From Candidatus Woesearchaeota archaeon (lineage in GTDB: Archaea > Nanobdellota > Nanobdellia > Woesearchaeales > GCA-023898365), in NCBI GenBank assembly GCA_023898365.1, contig CP060219.1, positions 737,934 to 801,933 of the forward strand: 64,000 nucleotides of DNA, in the 5' to 3' direction. How positions within the stretch are numbered: the first letter of the stretch is position 1; each line of letters opens with the position of its first letter. Position numbers and translations under genes: made by a program. This document shows, in pieces, positions 8,866 through 18,105 of the stretch. A model generated the notes under the pieces. The model was not told the origin of the DNA. It did not search any database and saw only the letters and a program-made list of their open reading frames with translations.

Positions 8866-9276
8866 TTACGCACCGAAGAGGCCCATATACGTCAATACAG
8901 CTCCGCCAACAGCGAACAAGTACGTGACGATGCTATTCACAAAATTAGGCAAGGAAAAGCCAATGATGCCCATAGTATGCAGTAAAGGAATGCCCCCAGC
9001 GATAACGAATACGAACCCAAGACCGAACGAAAGAATGGCTTCGGTACCGTGGAACTTTCCATTCTTTAAACCATCCCACACGAAGAGAAGAGCAGCAACA
9101 ACAAGCAAGATGTACGTGACCAAACCAGGCAAACTAGGTATTTTTACGGCGATCTTACCAAGGCCATCAGTGCCACTGCCAAGGATAGCAAGCACACTGT
9201 ACACTAACAAAATCAAACCCAAAATAACACTGATCCACTCATGTGGTGTATCAGCAAGACCTCTCTTATTTAACAT
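8866..9276 (-). CDS. Polytopic membrane protein (hypothetical)
   Basis: 136 aa, 4 hydrophobic helices; ATG at 9276; the + strand ORF 8771-9337 is antisense and rejected. Confidence 0.55.
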   Translation of the reverse strand: MLNKRGLADTPHEWISVILGLILLVYSVLAILGSGTDGLGKIAVKIPSLPGLVTYILLVVAALLFVWDGLKNGKFHGTEAILSFGLGFVFVIAGGIPLLHTMGIIGFSLPNFVNSIVTYLFAVGGAVLTYMGLFGA

Positions 9277-9304
9277 AGTACTTCACCCCTCGAATAAAAA
9301 TGAA

Positions 9305-12300
9305 TTAGTCGAACTTGCCGTTGCGAAAGCGCATTGACCGAGCACGCTCAATAACATCCATTGGGTTGCCGCGAAGCTTTTTCTGCAACGCAGGACCAAT
9401 GTTTGACATGCCAATATGATCAGCACCTTGATAGCCATTAAGCATTTTTGTAATGACCGTAAACAAATATTTTGCAAGATTGTTAAAGTTTTGAATCGTT
9501 CCACCGTTTGCAACATTTTGCAATCCCTTCCTGATGGCCTCGTACAATCCGTACGCGTTGCCAAGATTTCTAAATAATGGTTGTCCTTTAGGAGACTTAG
9601 TTTGCAAGAATGCATCAACAAGAATAGCCCATTCAACAAGACTTGCTTTCGAAGTATCATCGAAAACAAACGATGCCTTTTGCATCTCGCGAAGCTTAGG
9701 TAAGATATCGTTTGCAAACGAAACAAATTCTTTTGGACCAACAAGAACTTCCGCAACGCCTTCTTCAGGAGGCTGAACTAGTTGTTCAAGAGGACTTGGA
9801 GGATGTTTTTCATCATCAGATGAAACCTCCTTACCCTCTCCAAGCTGCTTTACTTCTTGATGTTCCAGACGATGAACTTCCATGGCATACAACAAAATGA
9901 TGCTTATTTGAATCGTTTCAATCCAGAGCAATGTCACAGGTAATGATTCTACTATGTCAAGCAAAATAACAATTCTTTGTTGAGGATCTTGTTCATTTTG
10001 AAGACGTGCAAGACTTCTTTTTGAGGCAGAAAACATCTGCTGAGCCTCTTCTCGCGCTTCCTCGCCATACAAAGGTGATGTTGCGATAAGTTCAAGAACC
10101 CGCTGCAATTGGGTTTCCATATGGATTATACCATGAATAGTATTTTCAGCAAGCAAGCCTCCTTGTATTTGTGAGACAATCTGTTCCAAAGCAGTTCTTG
10201 TGTTTGCAATAAGTTGAGGTGAAAAGACTCTTTCGACTTCCTCTTTTCGCGTTACTAATGCGTTTTTGTCCAAACGTGCTTCAGGAAGTAGAAGAATTTG
10301 TCGTTCAAGCATGCCAAGTTGCAATCCAACACTTGTCGCAACATCTATAAATGCTCTGAGTTGCTTCGCTTTTCTCTTAGAAACCCACGTACGAACTGCT
10401 TCTTCTGTGTTTGCTGGTTTAAGCAAATTATTACTCTGCTTGATGATTTCCTTTGTTTTACCAGGAGGAAGAAGAAGTATGTCACTTGGACCTTCAGGAA
10501 GCAATAAACTTCCTTGAGATCTTAGCAAGAAGATTTGTTTAATGATACGAGGTAATGTTTTGAAGAATTCTGTGTTTTTTATTACTGTTTCAAGAGGGTC
10601 TTCCAGCACAACAAGAGCAGTACTCCTTAACTCTTCCGTAAGTTTTTCTTCTTGCTTGTTTTTTTCTTCAAGAAATTTTTCATACTCTTCAAGCCACTCT
10701 AAGATTTTATCAGCAAGCTCAAGAGCCTTTGTCTCAATTTCTTCAACTAAGGCACTCCACGTTAAGGTGGTTAAGAACTCGTGTTGTTCTCTTAGAGTCT
10801 TCTTTGCCGCATCATCCAGTTTAGAAAATTCAAAGACGAGTTGCAATCGTTCCTTTAATGAATTGCTACCTTCTTGAAGGAACTGTTTAAACAATGCAGC
10901 AGAACTATCTCTGTCCGCGTAGAAGCTCGATCTTTCTCGTTCATCAACGCTACCTTCTCGCACATCAAACCGAGAAATTTCTTTTCCGTACCGATCAACT
11001 AACACTTGTGCTTGCTTAAAAATTGCAAAACAGGTATAGAGCGCATCTTGGTTTAACCAACCAACAGTAGAATCCGCACCTTCAGTTTCTTTTGCTTTTT
11101 CAGAGAATTTCTTAACTAATTTCCTCCATAACTCAACGCGTTTAATGATTTGCGAAAGTGATTTTCCTTCAAGTTTATTTACTTCTTGAGACGAGCGAAC
11201 AAATTCTTTGAACTTTCTTTTGTCAATCTTTACTTTCTTAGGATCTTCTTTCTTTTTCTCGTTAAGCGCTTTTTTGATATGGTAACTAAGTGCTGTTATA
11301 GCTCTTCGTATCATAACAAGTCCTTCTTGGTGATCGATTATCTCGCCATAATGTGTTCTTGCCTGAATGATGAGTTCCTCTGCACTATCAATATCTTGCG
11401 CTTCAAGGAATGATGTTATTTTTGGAAGAAGATCTTGTTCGATGATGTTTCTTTGAGTCAATTGAACGTGTTCATATGTTTCAAGAACTGGTCCTATTTG
11501 TTGTTCTAATTCTTCAAGTTCTTCTTTCCAGGATTGGTATCTGCCATCCATTCGTGAGGGGTTGTCTTCAGGAATTTTTTCAAGCTGCTTTTGAACTGCA
11601 TTTAATTTCTCTGGAAGCGTACGCCAGTATTTTCCAAGTTCTCCAATCTTGTGAAGAATTATATTAATTTTATTAAGTAAATCTTCCTCTTTATTTATAG
11701 TATCGGGATCATCTGATGGGTTAGGTTCAGGAGGGGGTATAGGATCAGGATCTTGTTTTATTTTGTCAAGGATTTCTCTGAGTTGTGTTCGAATTTTTTC
11801 AAGCTCCTCATCCATCTTTGTTTTATGAGCTTCGTATTCATTTTTTAATTGTTTAACCTTATCATCAAGTGCTCGAACTGCTGCTTGTTGTTCTTCGCTT
11901 TTTTGTTCTAGAAGTTTTTTTATGCGTTCTTCCTGGGCGTCAACATATGCTTTTCCTTTTCGAGTAAGCTCTCCAATCGCATCATAAAGAGCTTTTTTGT
12001 ATACTGCTTGTAATTTGCGCAATGCATTTTTTTGCTTTTGGAGTTCTTCTTGCAAAGAAGTATTACTTTGTGCAATTGCATCTCGTAATTTTTCTTCAAG
12101 CGAAGCAAGTGCTTCCTGCATTTCTTGTTGCATGCGTTCTCGTTCACTTTGCATATCTTGTGTGAGTTCAAAGATTTTGTAATATAATTCTCTTCGGGTT
12201 AACTCTAACTCTGCTTTGAGTTCTTCAATCAGTTTTCTTAATTCTTCATTTTCTTCAGGAGTGCCACCGCCTTCTTGGAGTTTCTTGATAAGATCTTCTA

Positions 12301-12544
12301 ATTCCTTTATTTTTCTTTCATACACTTGAAGTTTATCAGCTAAGTCTTTATTTTGCTTTTCGAGACGATCGATAATATCTTGCCATTTCTTATCGTCTTC
12401 TGAGGAAGGAATTTTACCGCCGCCAGATCTCCAAGACTTGAATCCGCTGAAAATCGCCCAAATGATAAGGATGAAGAAAGATGTTTCTAAGAATGAGAGA
12501 ACGCCTTGAAAGATATTGATAAAAGTGATGCCGAATGTTGCCAT
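9305..12544 (-). CDS. Giant N-terminally membrane-anchored coiled-coil protein (1079 aa)
   Basis: N-terminal TM (FFILIIWAIFSGF) then >900 aa of heptad-rich E/K/L coiled coil and a Pro-rich linker; ATG 12544. Confidence 0.65.
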   Translation of the reverse strand: MATFGITFINIFQGVLSFLETSFFILIIWAIFSGFKSWRSGGGKIPSSEDDKKWQDIIDRLEKQNKDLADKLQVYERKIKELEDLIKKLQEGGGTPEENEELRKLIEELKAELELTRRELYYKIFELTQDMQSERERMQQEMQEALASLEEKLRDAIAQSNTSLQEELQKQKNALRKLQAVYKKALYDAIGELTRKGKAYVDAQEERIKKLLEQKSEEQQAAVRALDDKVKQLKNEYEAHKTKMDEELEKIRTQLREILDKIKQDPDPIPPPEPNPSDDPDTINKEEDLLNKINIILHKIGELGKYWRTLPEKLNAVQKQLEKIPEDNPSRMDGRYQSWKEELEELEQQIGPVLETYEHVQLTQRNIIEQDLLPKITSFLEAQDIDSAEELIIQARTHYGEIIDHQEGLVMIRRAITALSYHIKKALNEKKKEDPKKVKIDKRKFKEFVRSSQEVNKLEGKSLSQIIKRVELWRKLVKKFSEKAKETEGADSTVGWLNQDALYTCFAIFKQAQVLVDRYGKEISRFDVREGSVDERERSSFYADRDSSAALFKQFLQEGSNSLKERLQLVFEFSKLDDAAKKTLREQHEFLTTLTWSALVEEIETKALELADKILEWLEEYEKFLEEKNKQEEKLTEELRSTALVVLEDPLETVIKNTEFFKTLPRIIKQIFLLRSQGSLLLPEGPSDILLLPPGKTKEIIKQSNNLLKPANTEEAVRTWVSKRKAKQLRAFIDVATSVGLQLGMLERQILLLPEARLDKNALVTRKEEVERVFSPQLIANTRTALEQIVSQIQGGLLAENTIHGIIHMETQLQRVLELIATSPLYGEEAREEAQQMFSASKRSLARLQNEQDPQQRIVILLDIVESLPVTLLWIETIQISIILLYAMEVHRLEHQEVKQLGEGKEVSSDDEKHPPSPLEQLVQPPEEGVAEVLVGPKEFVSFANDILPKLREMQKASFVFDDTSKASLVEWAILVDAFLQTKSPKGQPLFRNLGNAYGLYEAIRKGLQNVANGGTIQNFNNLAKYLFTVITKMLNGYQGADHIGMSNIGPALQKKLRGNPMDVIERARSMRFRNGKFD

Positions 12545-12548
12545 TTCT

Positions 12549-13247
12549 TTAAACTCCTCCTAGGAACCCTTCAATGAGAGTAGTTGCAAACATGTCAAGG
12601 AAGTAGATAAAAATTAATCCTGCTATAACAACGAGAAGGCGCATGAACATAAGATAAAACGGATTTTGATTTTCAGTGGGAAGTTCCCTGAAGAAATAAT
12701 GAAACACCCCCCATGCGACGCCAAAAACTCCTGCCATAAGTATGATTAAGAACGGTAACAAACCTGCAAGAAAAACCGTTTGTACGGGCATAAGAACTGC
12801 TGTCATGAGCGCAAGAACAGCAGCAATGCCTCTTGCTTGTTTTTCTTTGCCTTGACCGAACAATTTAGTTGCGCCTAGTTCAAAGAGAAAGTACGTGAGA
12901 ACGAACAAGATAAGTCTAATGATGCCTTCTTTTGCTCGAGGATTTTGGAGCAATTCTCGAAGACTAAACACTTCACCAATACGAACAAACATTTTATCGG
13001 CAACACCAATGCCGCCACTATAATAACCGTAGTCGTTTTTTTGATAGTAGAAAAAGTTCGACGGATAGAAAACGACCGAGCTGGTTCCTTGCTCGTTGAC
13101 GTTCATCGTATCAGCATGAATATTAATTGTTGTTTCTTCATCTCCTAAGCCAACGACTCCTTGAAGCGAGAATACGAAGAAAAAGATCAATAGTGCGCTA
13201 ACCGCTAATAACACCACACGGTTTCCTTTCATCAAGCAAGAATGCAT
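12549..13247 (-). CDS. Membrane protein with signal peptide (hypothetical), cotranscribed with the giant coiled-coil gene
   Basis: 232 aa; N-terminal signal/TM, several C-terminal TM helices; 4-nt gap to downstream gene. Confidence 0.55.
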   Translation of the reverse strand: MHSCLMKGNRVVLLAVSALLIFFFVFSLQGVVGLGDEETTINIHADTMNVNEQGTSSVVFYPSNFFYYQKNDYGYYSGGIGVADKMFVRIGEVFSLRELLQNPRAKEGIIRLILFVLTYFLFELGATKLFGQGKEKQARGIAAVLALMTAVLMPVQTVFLAGLLPFLIILMAGVFGVAWGVFHYFFRELPTENQNPFYLMFMRLLVVIAGLIFIYFLDMFATTLIEGFLGGV

Positions 13248-13317
13248 CGTAAAAGTTTATAAATCTTTTGATTTCACCCGTTTAAAGACTTGCAGAGCTC
13301 ATCTAACAAGTTTTTAC

Positions 13318-13464
13318 AGCCCCATAGTGTAGCGGCCAATCATAGCGGACTCTGGCAACTGGTTACGCCCGTTGATGACAAGGAGCGACATTCCGCTTCG
13401 CTCCAGTCCCTCGGTTTTTCGTTGGAGACATCCGTTGACCCCGGTTCGAATCCGGGTGGGGCTA
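13318..13464 (+). tRNA. tRNA-Gln (anticodon CUG) with ~74-nt intron at canonical 37/38 position (intron 13356-13429)
   Basis: Acceptor AGCCCCA/TGGGGCT, discriminator A; D-loop GUAGCGGCCAAUC; anticodon stem GCGGA/TCCGT with loop CUCUGG|intron|A; T-arm CCCGG-TTCGAAT-CCGGG; intron ends CAAC...GTTG can pair; no encoded CCA. Confidence 0.6.
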
Positions 13465-13495
13465 TTACTGTTTAGCAGTATTGGTTACGTGTAAG

Positions 13496-14032
13496 ATGAA
13501 GCGAAAGATAATTCTTAATTTGGCTATGAGTTTGGATGGCTTTATTGCTGATTCGAATGGTGGCTTTGATTGGATTACGGGTGATGGCAAGAATTCTCTT
13601 GATACGAAGGACCAATTTGATTTTCCTGCATTCCTTGATGCTGTTGATGTTATTGTTATGGGTAAACGGTCATTTTTAGATTGTCCTAAAGAAACATTGG
13701 ATTCTTTTAAAGATAAGATGGTGTTCGTTGCTTCTAACGAGCCTTTCGAAACAGAACGTTCTTATGTGGTGCGTATTCAAGGCGATCTTGTCAAGCAAAT
13801 CACTGCGCTTCAACAGCAAAAAGGAAAACATATTTGGCTCTTTGGCGGGGCTGGTTTAACTGACGCTTTCATTAAGGCGAATGTTATCGATGAATACATC
13901 TTGGGTTTTATCCCTATACTTCTGGGGAATGGACGTCCTTTGTTTTTAGAGAATAATCCAACAGTACTGTTGCATCTAGAAGAAATAACTTCTCAAGAAG
14001 GTATTGTTGTTTTGAGATATGTAAGAAGATGA
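13496..14032 (+). CDS. RibD C-terminal domain / dihydrofolate-reductase-like family protein
   Basis: MKRKIILNLAMSLDGFIA...VDVIVMGKRSF...IWLFGGAGL matches RibD_C/DHFR-like fold; track start 13481 is TTG, ATG at 13496. Confidence 0.7.
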   Translation: MKRKIILNLAMSLDGFIADSNGGFDWITGDGKNSLDTKDQFDFPAFLDAVDVIVMGKRSFLDCPKETLDSFKDKMVFVASNEPFETERSYVVRIQGDLVKQITALQQQKGKHIWLFGGAGLTDAFIKANVIDEYILGFIPILLGNGRPLFLENNPTVLLHLEEITSQEGIVVLRYVRR

Positions 14033-14226
14033 TTGTTTTGATAGTGTGGTTGTGGTGCGTATTTATCCGATTAAATGTTTTAGTTGGTTTTTATTAGTGT
14101 GTTTCTAATGATGTCCTCGGAGAACAATGGTTAAAATATAGGTGTTCTGTCGCCACAATGTATTTAAAGAATGGCGAAAGTAGCACTACTTGGAACGCTA
14201 CATGTGTTCTTTTTTTCATTAAATAT

Positions 14227-14258
14227 CCACATATAGTGTTTTAATTCACTATATGTGG
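14227..14258. promoter_or_regulatory. Perfect 12-bp inverted repeat (CCACATATAGTG-N8-CACTATATGTGG) flanking the TATA-like spacer TTTTAATT upstream of nrdR
   Basis: Arms 14227-14238 and 14247-14258 are exact reverse complements; the spacer sits ~25 bp upstream of nrdR ATG (14269), so the IR brackets the putative TATA box. Confidence 0.55.
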
Positions 14259-14268
14259 GGGTGTGTGT

Positions 14269-14721
14269 ATGAGGTGTCCGTTTTGCGAAAGCGATGATAT
14301 TAAGGTTCTGGAGACGCGTGAGAGCGAAGATAATAAAACGCGAAGACGCAGAGAATGTTTGCGCTGCGCAAAACGATTTACCACCGAAGAACAAGTTATC
14401 AATGCGACCATGTTTGTGCAAAAAAAAGATGGTCGCCGAGAAGAATTTTCTCGCGAAAAACTTCTCAAAGGGGTTCTGATTGCTACAGGAAAACGCCCCA
14501 TTCCTCATGAAAAAATCATTCATCTTATTGAAGACACCGAAGCTCGTCTTCGCGAACTTAAAATTTCTGAAGTACCGAGTAAGCGTATTGGTCAAGAAGT
14601 GATTAAACGTCTCAAAAAACTTGACAAAATTGCGTATATTCGTTTTGCATCCGTCTATAAAGAATTAGACGTTGATGATCTTGAGAAAGAATTGGATAAA
14701 CTACGAGGAAAAGAACAATGA
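14269..14721 (+). CDS. nrdR: Transcriptional repressor NrdR (zinc ribbon + ATP-cone)
   Basis: MRCPFCESDDIKVLETRESEDNKTRRRRECLRCAKRFTTEE + ATP-cone (VQKKDGRREEFSREKLLKGV...); ATG at 14269 (track start 14263 is GTG); stop overlaps nrdJ start (ATGA). Confidence 0.9.
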   Translation: MRCPFCESDDIKVLETRESEDNKTRRRRECLRCAKRFTTEEQVINATMFVQKKDGRREEFSREKLLKGVLIATGKRPIPHEKIIHLIEDTEARLRELKISEVPSKRIGQEVIKRLKKLDKIAYIRFASVYKELDVDDLEKELDKLRGKEQ

Positions 14722-17700
14722 GCGGCATGACAGTTAAACGCATGTTTACCGAGAGCGGGAAAGACCCGCTTGGCACACTAACATTTGTAAAGGCAACAAG
14801 CGCCATTCGTGACCAGACAGGCAAAGAAATCTTCAAGAAAGAAAATGTCGAAGTACCTGACACGTGGTCGCAAGTCGCCATTGATATTCTCGCACAAAAG
14901 TATTTTCGCAAACAAGGCGTTCCCCAACGAGACGAACAGGGAAAGCCCCTGCTCAAAGATGGCAAGCCCATTCTTGGCAGTGAATCCAGCATGAAACAAG
15001 TTGCGCATCGTATGGCTTATACGTGGCGATATTGGGGGGAAAAACATGGATACTTTGCCTCTCCCGAAGATGCGCAAACTTTTTATGATGAAATGCTCTA
15101 TGTGCTTTCAAACCAAATTGCCGTTCCTAATTCTCCGCAATGGTTTAATACAGGATTAAATGCAGTTTATGGTATAACTCGTCCACCGCAAGGACATTAC
15201 TATGTTGAACCAGAATCAGGCGAAGTAAAACTTTCGGAAGATGCGTACACGCATCCACAACCTCATGCATGTTTTATTCAATCAGTAAAGGACGATTTAG
15301 TCAATGAAGGAGGAATTTTTGATCTCTTAACGCGAGAAGCACGTGTCTTCAAATATGGTAGTGGTTCCGGAACAAACTTTTCTTCTCTTCGTGGAGAAAC
15401 AGAACCGCTTTCTGGCGGAGGAAAATCAAGCGGCTTAATGTCCTTTTTGAAAGTCTTTGACGCAAGTGCTGGTGCCATCAAAAGCGGAGGCACAACACGG
15501 CGCGCTGCAAAAATGGTCACGCTTGATATTGATCATCCAGAAATTGAAAACTTTATCGAATGGAAAGCGCGAGAAGAAAAGAAGGTTGCCATGCTCGTTG
15601 CAGGAAGTCACGCGGTCAAGAACCTACTTGATGATGTCATGCGAATTGCTTACGAAACAAAATCAACCTCACTCAAAGAAAACGAACGTTTGAAACGAGC
15701 AGTCTTACAAGCGCTTAAAGCAAACGTTTCCCCAAACTATGTGCAGCGCGCACTCTATCTTGTCGAACAAGGCTATAAGTCGATGGACTTGTTTTATCTC
15801 ACCTCAGAATTTGAAAGCGAAGCCTATCAGACGGTTTCAGGTCAGAATTCAAACAATTCTGTCATGGTCACGAATGATTTTCTGAAGGCAGTTGAACAGG
15901 ACGAATCTTGGAAACTTATTCGAAGAACTGATGGCTCGGTGTGCAAAGTTATTCCTGCAAGAGACTTGTGGCAAAAAATCGCACTTGCTGCTTGGCACTC
16001 AGCTGATCCAGGCATCCAATTTCGTGACACCCTTAACGAATGGCATACTTGTCCAAATGATGGACCGATCAATGGATCAAATCCTTGCAGCGAGTATGTA
16101 TTCTTAGATGACACTGCGTGCAATTTGGCATCAATAAATTTGATGAAATTTTACGACGGCAAACAATTCAATGTTGATGCATTTCGTCACACCGTCAGAC
16201 TCATGACTGTTGTGCTCGAAATATCTGTGCTGATGGCACAATTTGCAAGTAAGGAACTCGCAAGGAAGAGTTTTGATTTTCGCACGCTCGGACTTGGCTT
16301 TGCAAACCTTGGCACTCTCCTGATGGTTCAAGGAATTCCGTATGATTCCACAAAAGGCCGATCATTTGCAGGAGCAATAGCGGCAATTATGACGGGAACA
16401 GCGTACGCGACAAGCGCAGCCCTAGCAGCACATCTCGGGCCCTTCCCTCGCTATTCGCAAAACAAGGATTCTATGCTTCGTGTTATTCGCAACCACCGAC
16501 GTGCAGCATACGATGATCCTGATGAATCCTATGAAGAGCTTACTATTACTCCCCAAGGTTTGCACCATGAAGAACTTGATAAGGCTCTTTCTGTTGCGGC
16601 AAAAAAATCTTGGGATGAAGCGCTCCAACTTGGAGAAAAATATGGTTATCGAAATGCACAGACCACGCTTATTGCACCAACGGGCACTATTGGTCTTGTG
16701 ATGGATTGTGACACGACAGGTGTTGAGCCAGACTTTGCCTTGGTGAAATTTAAGAAGCTTGCTGGCGGCGGCTATTTCAAAATTATTAATCAGAGCGTTC
16801 CTCGAGCACTTCAACACCTTGGCTATTCGTCTGAACAAATTCAAGACATTGAAAAGTATGCAACTGGTCATGGGACGATGAAGGGTTGTCCGCATATTAA
16901 TGAAACCACGTTAAGTGAGAAGGGCGTTCCAAAACCGGTTATCAAAAATATTGAAGCACAACTGAAAAACACGTTCGATATAAATTTTGTTTTTAACAAA
17001 TTCACCCTTGGTGAAGAGGTGTGTATTGATCTTGGTTTTACTAAAGATCAACTTGCTGACCCTTCATTAAAGATGCTTGAAGCGCTTGGCTTTTCTCGAA
17101 AAGAAGTAGCGCAAGCAAATGAATACATTTGTGGCTCGATGACCATCGAAGGGGCGCCTCATCTCAAGGAAGAACATTACGCTGTTTTTGACACGGCAAA
17201 TAAATGCGGCAAGAAAGGAACGCGCTTTATCAGTTATCTTGGTCATATCAAGATGATGGGTGCGGTGCAACCATTTTTGAGCGGCTCAATTAGCAAGACC
17301 ATCAACATGGAAAAAGAAGCTTCTATTTCTGATGTAAAAGAAGCGTACTTGACCAGTTGGAAACAAATGATTAAGGCAATTGCGTTGTATCGCGATGGTT
17401 CAAAATTAAGTCAACCACTGAATACGTCAAGTGAAGATGATGAAGAATTACTCTATCTTTTGGATGCTGCAAAGCAAATGCCCGACATTCCCGAACCCGA
17501 AGAAAAAATGGTATTTGCCTCAAAGCAGAAAATGCCAAAGCGACGAGGTGGTTTTGTTCAGGAAGCGGTTGTTGGTGGTCAGAAAATATTTTTGCGAACA
17601 GGAGAATATCCTGATGGTCGCTTGGGAGAAATTTTCATTGACACCTATAAAGAAGGCGCATCTTACGGCGCGCTCCTTAATTGCTTTGCGATAGCAATTT

Positions 17701-18101
17701 CGAAAGCATTGCAACATGGCGTTCCGTTAGAAGAATTTGTTGATGCCTTTACGTTTACTCGCTTTGAACCTGCAGGTGCGGTGCTTGGCCATGACGCGAT
17801 TAAACAGGCCACTTCGATTCTCGACTATGTCTTTCGTGTGCTTGGTTATGAGTATTTAGGACGCAAAGACTTCGTTCATGTGAAGTCAATGGAAACTGCT
17901 GATAAGAAGGAAAAACTTGCCGAGGAAAAACGTGAACTTCCTTCTGAAAAACAGATTCGCATTACTGACACAAAGGTTTTTGAAGCAAGAGCTAAAGGGT
18001 ATACGGGAGAACAATGCACGCAGTGCGGTAGTATGCGCGTCAAACAAAACGGCTCGTGTAGTTTATGTGAAGATTGCGGTACGACAACAGGTTGCAGTTA
18101 A
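14718..18101 (+). CDS. nrdJ: Class II adenosylcobalamin-dependent ribonucleotide reductase, long (~1100 aa) NrdJ type
   Basis: 1127 aa; N-term ...VEVPDTWSQVAIDILAQKYFRK..., C-terminal Cys-rich tail CTQCGSMRVKQNGSCSLCEDCG; no HN[CST] intein signature seen. Confidence 0.9.
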   Translation: MSGMTVKRMFTESGKDPLGTLTFVKATSAIRDQTGKEIFKKENVEVPDTWSQVAIDILAQKYFRKQGVPQRDEQGKPLLKDGKPILGSESSMKQVAHRMAYTWRYWGEKHGYFASPEDAQTFYDEMLYVLSNQIAVPNSPQWFNTGLNAVYGITRPPQGHYYVEPESGEVKLSEDAYTHPQPHACFIQSVKDDLVNEGGIFDLLTREARVFKYGSGSGTNFSSLRGETEPLSGGGKSSGLMSFLKVFDASAGAIKSGGTTRRAAKMVTLDIDHPEIENFIEWKAREEKKVAMLVAGSHAVKNLLDDVMRIAYETKSTSLKENERLKRAVLQALKANVSPNYVQRALYLVEQGYKSMDLFYLTSEFESEAYQTVSGQNSNNSVMVTNDFLKAVEQDESWKLIRRTDGSVCKVIPARDLWQKIALAAWHSADPGIQFRDTLNEWHTCPNDGPINGSNPCSEYVFLDDTACNLASINLMKFYDGKQFNVDAFRHTVRLMTVVLEISVLMAQFASKELARKSFDFRTLGLGFANLGTLLMVQGIPYDSTKGRSFAGAIAAIMTGTAYATSAALAAHLGPFPRYSQNKDSMLRVIRNHRRAAYDDPDESYEELTITPQGLHHEELDKALSVAAKKSWDEALQLGEKYGYRNAQTTLIAPTGTIGLVMDCDTTGVEPDFALVKFKKLAGGGYFKIINQSVPRALQHLGYSSEQIQDIEKYATGHGTMKGCPHINETTLSEKGVPKPVIKNIEAQLKNTFDINFVFNKFTLGEEVCIDLGFTKDQLADPSLKMLEALGFSRKEVAQANEYICGSMTIEGAPHLKEEHYAVFDTANKCGKKGTRFISYLGHIKMMGAVQPFLSGSISKTINMEKEASISDVKEAYLTSWKQMIKAIALYRDGSKLSQPLNTSSEDDEELLYLLDAAKQMPDIPEPEEKMVFASKQKMPKRRGGFVQEAVVGGQKIFLRTGEYPDGRLGEIFIDTYKEGASYGALLNCFAIAISKALQHGVPLEEFVDAFTFTRFEPAGAVLGHDAIKQATSILDYVFRVLGYEYLGRKDFVHVKSMETADKKEKLAEEKRELPSEKQIRITDTKVFEARAKGYTGEQCTQCGSMRVKQNGSCSLCEDCGTTTGCS

Positions 18102-18105
18102 ACCC

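Noticed and set aside
8771-9337. 188-aa + strand ORF
   Set aside because: Antisense to the 4-TM membrane protein 8866-9276, whose hydrophobicity periodicity is convincing. The + frame is Pro/Lys-rich low complexity.
9283-9756. 157-aa minus-strand ORF overlapping the 3' end of the giant coiled-coil gene
   Set aside because: Alternative frame within the 1079-aa gene; Cys/Leu-rich with no features.
13290-13475. 61-aa + strand ORF from the track
   Set aside because: Lies entirely over the intron-containing tRNA-Gln gene; artefact of the RNA gene.
14221-14262. Bacterial-type NrdR box upstream of nrdR
   Set aside because: The inverted repeat does not align well to the 16-bp acaCwAtATaTwGtgt consensus in any register tried by eye; kept only as a generic operator candidate.
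14164-14992. Minus-strand ORFs of 143, 86 and 126 aa
   Set aside because: Antisense to nrdR and the start of nrdJ, which have unambiguous family signatures.
14718-18101. Possible intein in the unusually long NrdJ
   Set aside because: No C/S...HN[C/S/T] intein boundary signature found. The length matches the known ~1000-1100-aa NrdJ subfamily instead.
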